Shown: positions 49,701 through 60,986 of the stretch, one piece after another
Layout of the letters: every line of letters starts with the position of its first letter
How positions within the stretch are numbered: position 1 is the first letter of the stretch
Assembly: GCA_043228905.1 (NCBI GenBank)
Contig: JBHGNT010000002.1
Location: 18,166,001-18,230,000, forward strand
Origin: Azolla caroliniana
Taxonomy: Eukaryota; Plantae; Polypodiophyta
Reading direction: 5' to 3'
DNA: 64,000 nucleotides
The notes under the pieces: generated by a model
Database searches by the model: none
Seen by the model: only the letters and a program-made list of their open reading frames with translations
Told to the model about the DNA's origin: nothing
Program-made: the position numbers and the translations under genes

Positions 49701-52700
49701 GATTATTGTTGTTACAATGTTAGGGTTGAGCTTATATACTCAAGCCCTAACTCGAAGATGTGTTCAGACTAAAGATTCAAGGTGGAAGGAGTCAACCTTT
49801 TATGCCAACAAACTCCCTTGTAAAAGGGCTACTCTTTCTTATGTATACAAGTAATTGGGGTTATCTCCCCCATGAACCTAGACTACAAATCTAATCTATA
49901 GTTACAAGTATACATACAAGGTTGTCAGCATTCGGCCGAATTTGCAGAGGTAAAGTTGGGCTCTAGCCTTATTCGGCTAGTTATCCGGATAGCATGTTAT
50001 CCGAATCGGCTCGTTCGTGAGAATTGGCTCGTGTCCGATTCTAACTCTCGGCCTTTGGTAGATCATTTGCTTTCCGCTCATGCTTGCTCTAGTGCTCCTA
50101 GCAGGATCTTCGATCTGTATTCAAGTTCGTTCGCCCCTCGATCGTTTCCTCTCTAGTCGGTATCCTCGCTCAGTATTGAATATTCGGCCTCTTGGCATTC
50201 AGATTCTTTTGCCTTTTTGGCTCATCCGATCAAGCCGGTCTTCAACTTTCCTTCCACTATTGTTTGTTTGATTCTCTTCTGCCTGGTCATTTGTCGTAGT
50301 TCCATCATTGTCCTTAGTGCTCCAAAGCGTTGTTCTATGTTGAGCAAGCAATCTCAACATGGGCCGGATTGGCCGAGAGTCGGATCGAGTGAAGACCGAT
50401 CGGCTAGGCCTGGATCAGATCGGAGAACTGGATCCACGTGGAGCCAGTAGGCCGTGAGAGGCCTATGATCCTAGTCTAGTAGATATGCATATTTTTGGGA
50501 ATTAGTGTCAATAGCTCAGTTATGAGCATTGAAGTACTTGTCAATACTTGTGACCGTCCTTTATGAACTTGTATAAAAGTGCTCACTGAGCATATTTGTA
50601 AAAAGGAGAGACAAGTATTTTTTAAATTGAGTTCATGTGTGTTTTGCTCTCTCTCTATCTCTCTCGGGCACTCTGTGTGTGTCTCTCTATTGTTCTCTGA
50701 GTTTTCTGTTGCTGTCCAGGTTTGTCGGTTGTGTCTGTTTTGGCTTTTGCACACTAATCTTCACATGGTATTAGAGCGCGAGGGTTGAGAATACTCTGCT
50801 GCCAACACGAGATGTAACACAGACAAACCTTAGACCTCAGTAATAATAAATAACAAGAAGAAAATGGATAGAAGGATTGCAATCTCACTTCCGACGAAGA
50901 AGCTCGATCAGAGTAACTATGCATCCTGGTCTTACAAGATACAACAATATCTTCTTGGACACGGATATTGGAGTAATGTGGAAGGAGTGAATGAAGTAGC
51001 CCCAGATTTGGCACATCAGGATTTTCCGGTTTTGGAACAAGGAGCAAGCAAAGTCTTGTACTACCTTGCATCCTCTGTGCATGATCAGATGTTGGGCTAC
51101 ATTTGGGATGTGAAGACGTTGAAGGAGGCCTAGGAAAATCTAAAAAAGATTTTCGCCACAAGTACCATGACCCAGAAGATGCAGCTCCGGGAAGAGCTCA
51201 ACAATATCTGATAGAAGGATATGACGATGATTGACTACACCACCAAAATAAAGGAGATCTGTGATGCCCTGGGATCCATCAATATGGTGTTGGATGAAGA
51301 TGAGATGGTACAGATCTGCCTCAGTGGTCTAGCTCAGAGGTACGGGCCAATCCGGACGGCTATCTACACAAGGGAGAAGCCATCGTCGTTCTTCAACCTG
51401 CAATCGATGCTCATGGTCGAAGAAAACCACGCAGGTGTGTCAAGGATCACGAAAACTGGTGTGCACAGAGGTGAATCGGCCCCGTGCTCATGGAGGACGA
51501 GGTGGATCAGCACGCAATGGTGGCAGGCAACAAGAGAAAAATCAAAAGCATAATTGACATGTCAAAAGCAGTTCTGGACTGGGAACCGGCATGGGAAAAC
51601 TGAGACGAAATGCTGGTATTGTGGCTAGAAGGGTCATCGAGAAAGCAAATGCTAGAAGAAGAAGGCTTATTCGGATAAATCCGGATTGAACAAATCCGAA
51701 CACGGGAATCGGCCACGTTTGCACTACGCCGAGGGGTCAGAATGACCCAGAATCGGAAAGGGCCCTACCTTTGTGATGAAACACAAAGTTAACTCGATGA
51801 TGACAAGCACCTCAAAACCGAAGGAGGTGTGGTACATAGATTCCGGAGCGACAAATCACATGCCGAGCCACAAAGAGTGGTTCTCATATCTGGAGAGACC
51901 AAAACAACTGGGGGTAGTCGAAACCGATGACGACAACTCACATCCCATCGAGCATGTCAGTGATGTCCCCCTGAGCCATATCGAACAGAAGGGGAGACTG
52001 ATGAATGTTTTGCACATCCCGACAAGCACAAAGAAGTTGGTGTCGATCGGACAGATCGTCGAGCAAGGGATGCAAGTCTGGTTCACCCATCGTGGGTGCT
52101 TCATCAAAGAAGGCCAAATCATTGCGCAAGGGCACCGAGAAGGGAGGATGTTCAGCCTCAACACAAATGATGTCGGCACCGCTTTGTTCGCCAAAGGACA
52201 AAAAGTCGAGTAGGACTTCGATTTATGGCGTAAGCGGATCGGCCACGACAACTACCTAAGGCGTCAAGAGTTGTAAACAAAACAAGTTGTGTTCGTTTTG
52301 TCGAAATTAAGTGGCCGGAAGGCCCAAATTTGTGAAGCCTGCCAGCTACATAAGCAACACCAACTTCCATTCCTCAATGAGCGAAATCAGAGCCGAAACA
52401 AGCTCGACTTGATACATTCAAATGTATGAGGACCGGCACAGAATGTGAGTTTAGGCAGGAGTCGATACTTCGTCTCCTTCATCGACGACTACAATAGGCA
52501 CACGTGGATCTACCTAATAGAAAAGAAGAGTGAAGTCTTCGACTACTTTCGGAACCTAAAAAGCTTAGTGGAGAGGGAAACAGAAAGAAAGATCAAGTGC
52601 CTGTGATTAGATGGCAGAAAATAATACTTTTCCCGCTAATTCAACTGTTATCTACAACAAATGGGAATTCGGTGAGAATTCAGTTGTAGGTATACGCCGA

Positions 52701-53381
52701 AGCAGAACGGTGTAGCCGAGCGAAAGAATCGTTCAATTGTCGAGGTGGCACGGGCAATGCTGGAGGAGAAGAGCATGCCCAAGTTTTACTGGGCCGAAGT
52801 GATTCGGAGAACGAACTACATCCAGAATAGGATTGAAGAAAAGGTGTTAGCACATGAGCTAAATTTCGGGTGAAAGACAAAATTGAAACACCTGAGGGTA
52901 TTTGGTAGCATTTCCTATGTGCATGTGCCAGATGAGTGTCGTGACTCTTGAGTAGGAAGCAGAGAGAGAGCGATGGCGATAGAGATAACGATAACGATAG
53001 AGATGGCGAGAGCGGTAGAGATAGCGATAGTGATAGCAAAAGAGAGTGAAAGAGGGAGAGAGTGCGAGAGAGAGAAAAGTATAAGTGAGAGATAAGAAAT
53101 GGGAATGAGATTATATCATGAGAAAGAAGATTACAAGGAGTAGGCTAAGGGCTAAAGACTGGTGTTGAACCGAATGAGTTGTGATGAGTGTATGGACTCT
53201 TATTTATAGGCCCTTATGGAGTATTCTAGAATGTTCTAGAATATTTTAGATATTTATGAATAATAATAATAATAAATATAATCATGAAATATTCAAGAAC
53301 ATTCTAGAATAATCTAGAATGTTCTAAATATCTCGTAATAACTAAACATATAATTATTATGATTACATCTCACATATGTTA

Positions 53382-53443
53382 TTACAATGGTTAAAGTACA
53401 ATATGTAAACCAAGAGGTTATGGGTTCGATTCCTGGTTCGCCA
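53382..53443 (+). promoter_or_regulatory. tRNA-like Pol III A/B-box module within the family B LTR (second copy 58816-58877)
   Basis: AATGGTTAA ... GAGGTTATGGGTTCGATTCC; G18-to-G53 spacing is 35 nt as in tRNA. Not a full cloverleaf. Confidence 0.6.
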
Positions 53444-53477
53444 AGATGAATGTCATGATAAGCCAAGATGTATGTCT

Positions 53478-56400
53478 TCATGACATTATCCCCCCTTTTC
53501 GATGACGAGTTGCACGAGTCGGAAGAAAAGAGTTCAGACTTGGTTTATGAGGATATTGGTTGTGAAATGCAACAACCATGTCGGAGGCATTGGCAAGATG
53601 TTCGGCAGGCTCCCATGTTCGATCATTAGGTGTATAGCCTAACCAACCAACCAAGTAGTATAGTTTGTTGCGAATGATCTTAGAGTCGAGGATAGCGGCA
53701 ACCTCATATTCAGAGCCATTGGAAACGTCAATTGGAGGTGGGGGAGGTGTAACACGACCCGGAATAGAGCTCGTTGTGTAGGGCTCCAAAAGTGAAACAT
53801 GGAAGACCGGGTGAAGACGCTGTCGTGCCTTTCGGCTCCGGATCGTTTGCGTGAGTCGGGTGGGAACCGCCGAGGTTTTGGACTAGGAGAAAGAAAAATA
53901 CAAATAAGGCTAGTAAAGAATAGGTATAAAGAGTTATAAGATAAGAATCTCGTGAATCCCACGAGTTTAGTATATTTAGTCAATATTTAGGTAGTAAGAG
54001 AGAATTATTTTAGCAAATTCGTGAATCCCACGAATATTTTAGATTGATTGATCATTATAGAAAAATAATCAACAAAAACTACAATGTGCTCCCCATCCTT
54101 ATATAGTGATGGGAGAGACTAAGCATAGCTACATGCTTTTTCTAATACGTTCATGCACACTAAATGTGCATGTAATGCTTTTCTAATCCTTGCTTTTATT
54201 TGCTAAATATAGTGCTCATGCACGCTAGATGTGCATGAGTCACTTTTTAGTTGCTTGCGTTTTTCTATAAAATATTCACGCACTCTAAAAATGCATGATT
54301 TACCTTTTAATAAAGGTAGGCACAAATAAAGCAATTATAGTTATTAAATCTATTTATAAAACACTAAAGATAAGGTAGTATAATGGTAAAGTTGAGGTCT
54401 GACTATGTGGAGGTACAAGGTTCGAATCTTGCCCTATGCACGTGATAAATATCTTGATTATTCTTATTTTATTTATTTATATGTAATTAAATCGGTTATA
54501 TTATTTTTACTTTTTCACGTAGTGTACGAAATACACTACGACAACGCATATGAGGAGGAAGATCAAGACGAAATGTCACATCATTGATCTTACCACTTAT
54601 GACATATGGGCCAAAACGTTGATAATCCAATTTGTAGCAAGGTCGGGTCGTTTTAATGCTACCTTGTAAGAGCCATACACGATCGCCTACTTGAAATGTA
54701 GTCGATGAATCACGCCGATGACGGTCAACAATCTTCTTTTGAGTGTTTTGGGCTTCACATAAATGATGCAAAAGCATATCCTGAACTTCTTGGAGTCGAG
54801 TGAGCCGATCTTCAGCAGCTGGGTTTTTTGGGAGTTCAGGATGTTCAAGCATCGTCCAACGAGGATGGTACCCAATGTTTGCAAAAAATGGGGAATATCC
54901 AGTAGAAGAATGCTCGGAGTTGTTATAAGCAAATTCTGCCAAAGGTAGTAAATCCACCCAATCATCTTGTTGATAGTTGACAAAACAACGTAGATATTGC
55001 TCGACTGTTTGGTTGGTGCGCTCACTCTGCCCATTAGTCTCTGGATGGTAGCCGGAAGAGAGTTTACAAGAAGTATGTAAGAGTTTGAACATGTGCCGCC
55101 AAAATTTCGAGATGAATTGGGGACCCCGATCACTGATAATATCATCCGGAAGACCATGATGGCGAAACACCTCCCGCATGAGTAAATCAGCTGTCTCTTG
55201 ACTAGTAATGGTCTTTGTGCATGGAAGGAAATGTGCCATCTTCGTAAAATGATCGACAACCGTGAGAATCGAATCAAATCCCTTGGAAGGTGGAAGATCC
55301 GTAATAAAGTCCAAGGAAATAGATTTCCATGGGCTCTCCGGAATAGGCATTGGCTGTAATAAGCCATATGGATGATGTCGAGGCTTTTTTGATCGGCAAC
55401 ATGTATCACAGCTACGAACATAATCCGTAACAAAATGGCGAAGCCGTGGCCACCAATATCGGCGAGAAATCAACTCAAAAGTCTTGTGGATGCCGAAGTG
55501 TCCCGCCATTGGTGTGTCATGACATTGTTGCATGACTTTGAGTCGAGAAGGACCGTCAGGCACATACAAGAGAGTTTGTCGAAAAAGTAACCCATCATGC
55601 CAACTAAACTGGGTGTAGTCTAGACGAGGATTTTGAGTTTGGGAGCTAGATGCACGATTTGGGATAATATGGCTCAAAACCTCTTGGGCGAACGCATCAG
55701 TCGCAATCTGCTCACGAATGGAATCAAGAAGCCTTGAATCTCCCGGTGTGTTGATGGTATGCATTGCCATTATTCGCAGACGATCAGGACCTAAGAGGAT
55801 TTGTTTTTGGCTTTCAAATGCGGCCTCTCCAGGTTGAAGTTCCATATACGAACGTCTAGATAAAGCATCTGCTTTTCCTTGTTGCATCCCAGGGCGATAT
55901 AGAATTACAAAATCGAAACGAGTTAAGAACTGCGCCCAACGAGCTTGTCGTCGATTCAAAACTCTAGCACTTTGAAAGTATGTTAGATTTTTATGATCAT
56001 TGTAGACAATAATCTGCTGAGAAGAACCCTCCAGAAAATGACGCCATTGTTGAAAAGAATCCACAATGGCAAGAAGCTCTTTGTCGTGAATCTCATAGTT
56101 GATTTCTGCGGCTTCAAATTTTCGTGAGTGAAAAGCCACCGGGTGCAGTTCACCATCATCACCAATTTGGGATAGTACACTTCCGAGTGCGAAATCCGAT
56201 GCATCAGCTTCAAGTATAAAGCGCCTCATTGGATCGACATGGATTAAGATTGGTGCGGATGTAAATGCTTGCTTTAAACCCTCAAATGCAGAGTTCGCAT
56301 CTATACTCCATACAAATGGTCGATTCTTGTGCGTCAGTTGAGTGAGGGGCAACACAATTTTTGAATAATCTTTGATGAACTTGTGATAAAAGTTTGCGAA

Positions 56401-57849
56401 CCCCAAAAAACATTGCACATCTCGTACGGACTGTGGTGTTTGCCAATCCAAAATTGTTTGAACCTTTGATGGATCCATAGAGATGCCATTTGAAGAGACT
56501 ATGTACCCCAAAAACTCCACTTGACATTGGTCGAAACTACACTTCTCCAATTTTGCATAGAGACCATACTCTCGTAGCCGTTGCAAAACTTGGCGAACAT
56601 GTATATCATGTTCTTCTTGAGTTTTTGAGTAGATCAAGATATCATCCAGGTAAACAATGATGAAGATATCGAGGAAGTCTCGAAAAATATCATTCGCCAT
56701 ATGTTGGAAGACTGCTGGTGCATTCGTGAGGCCAAAAGGCATCACTGTGTACTCAAAATGACCATAGCGAGTGCGGAACGCCGTCTTCCATTCATCCCCA
56801 GGACGAATTCGAACAAGGTTGTAGGCACCTCGAAGATCTAACTTCGTGAAATACTTTGCTTCACTGAGGCGTTCTAGAAGGCTTGAGATCAATGGGAGAG
56901 CATATCGGTTTCTAACGGTCACTTTATTCAAGCCTCGATAATCCACGACCATACGAAGCGTACCATCTTTCTTCTTAACGAAAAAGATGGGTGCACCAGC
57001 AGGAGATTTTGAATGTTGGATAAAACCATTTGCCAAGTTCTCATTGATATATTCTCGAAGAACCTCTAACTCCATGGGCGAAAGATTATAAATTGGTCCC
57101 CATGGAGGCTCTTTTCCTGGCTGCAAATCAATTGGGCAATCATATGGTCGATGCTCTGGTAGTCTATTAGCCTTCACCTTATCGAACACATCGGAGAATT
57201 CTATGTACTTCTTTGGTAGTTGGACCCCCAATTCTTGTGAGCTAGATGAGGGAGTTGCTAAAACCGCAAATACCATCATGTCTTCCTTTCTTCCATCCTC
57301 TCGTAATTGATGTATAGAGATTGTTGAAATTGTGGGGGATCCTAGATCCTTAGTTGGAGCTTCAAGAGACTTGGATTGTACGGTGACCTCTTCAATAGTT
57401 CTTTTTCTCCAATCAATGGTTGGGTTATGTAACTCAAACCAAGGAAGACCAAGAACTAAAGAGTGCTCTGGACTACTAATGATGTTAAATGAGATGACAC
57501 TAGCCAAATTACCTAGGACTACACGAATTGGTTCAGACTCTTCGACTATATCTCCTGATGCTATAGGGCGACCATCGATGACTCCTACAGCTACTGGGTT
57601 TGGGAGTTTTTTCAAGATGATGTTTTGAGTCAATGCAAACTCGCGATCCATGAAACAAGAATTGGCTCCGGAATCTAGGAGGGCAGAGGCTAGGGCGCGA
57701 TGACCTGTAGATGTGCTAAGCTCGACTTGTGCAGAAAAAACTCTACTAACTTGATTTGATGAAATGGAACCACAACTAGGTACTGACTCTACATAACTAG
57801 GATGGTCCAACCAAATGGCTCCTATTTTGGCCGGACTTATTCGTTTAAC
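53478..57849 (-). CDS. Family B pol: protease, RT, RNase H, integrase, chromodomain (split by solo LTR 53821-54543)
   Basis: LLDSGA, YLDD, DASD, HHCC, DDE and GPY motifs in the 1104-aa ORF; removing the solo LTR restores PPHMRLHPVFHVSLLEP joined to the chromodomain EYEVAAILDS...YLVGWLGY...TWEP. Confidence 0.92.
53821..54543 (-). mobile_element. Solo LTR (723 bp), family C, with 4-bp TSD
   Basis: TGTCGT...ACGACA termini; ACGC duplicated at 53817-53820 and 54544-54547. Confidence 0.9.
54376..54434 (+). promoter_or_regulatory. tRNA-like Pol III A/B-box module within the family C solo LTR
   Basis: TAGTATAATGG A-box and GGTTCGAATC B-box, 35-nt G18-G53 spacing. Confidence 0.6.
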
Positions 57850-58535
57850 ACATCCTCTAATTGGCTCAAGACATCAAATCTATTCTCATGGCATGGGCTA
57901 TTAGGCTTAGTACTTAAGTTATTAGAAGTGATAGTAGAACTTGATGTAGGGTTGTCATGTGCACTTACTTGGTAAACTTGACGCCTGGGTTTATGTGGAC
58001 AATTCACAGCTATATGTCCTGGACCACCACAGTAGAGGCATAGGCGATGCGCCCGACGTCGTTGTTTCTCAGCATCTGATAAGGGCCCTCGACGTTGTGT
58101 CGACTCTATTTCCATCGGAGTGGGACCATCCCTCGTAACGGGTCTAGAACCTTGTGGCGGTGTGGCGACTATAGAAGCGTATGTCTGTTCCGGTTGGCGG
58201 CGTAACATTTGTTGACGTTCAGAACGTCGCTCAAATAGGCGATTATCACATCGCACAGCTCGGCTAATAGCTTCAGTAAGAGACTTTGGATCTTCATGGA
58301 AAGTAAGAAGAAGATCTTTGACATCGTTACGCAAACCCTGACGGAATTGATCCATTAAGGCTGCCTCATCCCAAGGGATGTCGCATGCCAAGAGACGGAA
58401 ATCTGCGGCATAAGCTGAAGCGGGACGATCTCCTTGTCGGAGTCTTCGAATCTTGTTTATTGCAGTCCTAGTGCTATCCGTATCTCCAAAACTAGCTTGA
58501 AACTCCTTAACGAATGCCTCGAAATCCTCCAGTAA
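57837..58535 (-). CDS. Family B gag (N-terminus deleted)
   Basis: LRQGDRPASAYAADFRLLACDIPWDEAALMDQFRQGL...CLYCGGPGHIAVNC zinc knuckle; stop at 57837-57839. Confidence 0.88.
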   Translation of the reverse strand, partial: LLEDFEAFVKEFQASFGDTDSTRTAINKIRRLRQGDRPASAYAADFRLLACDIPWDEAALMDQFRQGLRNDVKDLLLTFHEDPKSLTEAISRAVRCDNRLFERRSERQQMLRRQPEQTYASIVATPPQGSRPVTRDGPTPMEIESTQRRGPLSDAEKQRRRAHRLCLYCGGPGHIAVNCPHKPRRQVYQVSAHDNPTSSSTITSNNLSTKPNSPCHENRFDVLSQLEDVLNE

Positions 58536-60094
58536 TGGTTATCGTTATCTCTATCGCCATCGCTCTCTCTCTGCTTCCTACTCAAGAGTCACGACAGTTT
58601 GAACCGAATGAGTTGTGATGAGTGTATGGACTCTTATTTATAGGCCCTTATGGAGTATTCTAGAATGTTCTAGAATATTTTAGATATTTATGAATAATAA
58701 TAATAATAAATATAATCATGAAATATTCAAGAACATTCTAGAATAATCTAGAATGTTCTAAATATCTCGTAATAACTAAACATATAATTATTATGATTAC
58801 ATCTCACATATGTTATTACAATGGTTAAAGTACAATATGTAAACCAAGAGGTTATGGGTTCGATTCCTGGTTCGCCAAGATGAATGTCATGATAAGCCAA
58901 GATGTATGTCTTCATGACAATGAGAAGAGGAAGAAGTTGGATACGAAGTCAGAAAAGTGCATATTGGTCGGTTACTCACAAGAACAGAAGGGGTATAAGT
59001 GTTATAACCCCCCACCAAACAAGTCCGAGTGAACCGAGACGTTGTGTTCGACGATTTGGCATCCTCCTGGTATTCACTTCCGACTCCAACCCACGACACG
59101 TCCGACCTCCCGATTACTGAGGATGAGGCCAATGAGGCCAACATGATCCTAGAAGAAGAAGAAGATTTTGGCAGTCAGGAAGAGAGTCTGATTTCATTCC
59201 AACTTAGTGGTTCAAATGAATAGTTGAGTCGGGAAGACGAGCAGAATGAAGAGATGGTGAGCAGTGACGACTTGGTCATACACTCCCCACACAAGGAACC
59301 GAGGAGATGATATGCGCAGAAAGAGAAGGGGAAGATGAAGATACTGGAGTACGGCACAAACAAAGCGGCGTCAGATTAGGGAGAATCCGACACCAACTAG
59401 AGTGAAGACAGACCTCAAGAGTTGAGGTCGAGTGTGGCCAAGAGGTCCCTCAAATCGGCGAATGAGAAGCTACGCCAATCGACTCGCCACAAGAAGTTGT
59501 TAATTCGGTACGGTTATAATGAGTACATGGCGCACCATTACGCATACATGACGAAACTGCCTGAAGCCCGTGAGTTGGAAAGCTATGCGGAGGCATCATA
59601 AATGCCAAGTGGTGATCCGCCATGGAGGAAGTAATGCAGGCATTAGATGCTAACGACACATGGGACTACTTGGTTGACCCTCCCCGACACTACAAACCGA
59701 TCAGATGTAAATGGGTATACATGGTGAAGTATAATGCCAACGGTTCGGTCAACCGATACAAGGCCCATATGGTGGCCAAAAGATATGCACAGACCCACGA
59801 AATTGATTACGACAAGACCTTCACAACGGTTCATGTGGTGCTCGTAGTAGTGGCGACAAGGGGGTGGCATCTCCACCAGATGGACATGAAGAATGCATTT
59901 CTTCAAGGAGATCTTGAAGAACAGATATACATGGTCTAGCCCCCCGGATTTAAGTTAGAGTTGAACAAGTCGGCAATATGCCGACTGAAGAAGTCGCTTT
60001 ACGGCCTCAAGCAAGCCCTCTGTGCTTGGAACTCAAAAATCATGCACCAGTTGCGTAAGATGGGGATTGCAGCCTCCAAGTCCTACTTTTGTGA

Positions 60095-60294
60095 CGAGTT
60101 CAACATTGTATTTGGGCTTCTTTGAGTCAGACACATTTGCAAGGCACCAACTTCGTTCCGATTGGTAGTTCAACCACCTCCCATGTTTGATTCTGATGAA
60201 GCAATTCCATCTTGGACTTCATGGCTTGTAGCCATGTCTCGGCGTTAGGTGCAACGATTGCTTCCTCGTAGGAGCTTGGTTCACCTACATCCGT
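60095..60294 (-). mobile_element. Fragment of a second Ty1/copia RT (opposite strand)
   Basis: TDVGEPSSYEEAIVAPNAETWLQAMKSKMELLHQNQTWEVVELPIGTKLVPCK. Confidence 0.8.
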
Positions 60295-60986
60295 TGTCGT
60301 GAAGAAAACCGTCCCTTAGCGCAATCGGTGCATAGCGCGCGTGAACCGGCTCTTCACGCGTACGCGCCCTTAATGTATACAATAGGGAATTAGGTACATA
60401 GGTATATCCTAGGTAGTTAGATTCGGTAGGTAGGAAGTAAATGAGGGAGACGGCTCCCTTCTTGACGCTATAAAGGAGAGGGAGACGCAGGGAGAAGGGA
60501 TCGCGCATTGAGGAGGACGAAGTGTTGTCGGATCGTAACCGAACACTTCTCCTCTGCTTGTTCTCTATTGCTCTTCTCTGCAGGTTTTCGGGAGGCTCGC
60601 GCTGCTTCGAGGAACGCCCATGTGCTTCCGGCAGCACCTCCATCCTATCCCCTTTCGTGCGCAGACGAGCAGGCATCGGCATCTGTTCGTCGGCCTGTTC
60701 GGTTGTAACCGCTCGCATGCTCTATTGTTTTTGTGTCACTTGTTAATATACAAACATTCGTGTCTCTCTGTCTCGGTGTCCATTCGTGTCTTCTGCGTTG
60801 ACGGGTTGTGTCCCTGTGTTTCTTTGCTCATACGTAACTGGTCGTTTCTCTCTTTCTCTTTCCCCTCCTATCACTTGCTCTTCGGTTCAAGACCCCGGTG
60901 GTCCCGCCTCGTTTCTCCACGCACGCGCATAACAATGCGACTTATTTGGTGAACCCGACGTGAAACAGGCGACAGAGGAGCAGAAG

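Larger units (their letters stand above)
52937..58919 (-). mobile_element. Young Ty3/gypsy chromovirus (Tcn1-like), family B
   Basis: Perfect TSD ATGAG (52932-52936 / 58920-58924). 3' LTR 52937-53485 with adjacent PPT; 5' LTR remnant 58599-58919 appears identical to 53165-53485. Confidence 0.95.
49923..60089 (+). mobile_element. Degenerate Ty1/copia retrotransposon, interrupted at 52937-58919 and 3'-truncated
   Basis: LTR 49923-~50765, PBS TGGTATTAGAGC (50766-50777), gag (KLDQSNYASWSYK), zinc knuckle, protease WYIDSGATNHM, integrase, RT (HQMDMKNAFLQGDLEE, LYGLKQA); many stops and frameshifts. Confidence 0.92.

Noticed and set aside
53382-53443. Functional tRNA genes at the A/B-box modules
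   Set aside because: Acceptor and anticodon stems do not pair; reported only as tRNA-derived modules.
54687-55433. 248-aa overlapping ORF in the integrase region
   Set aside because: Alternative frame of pol with no independent evidence.
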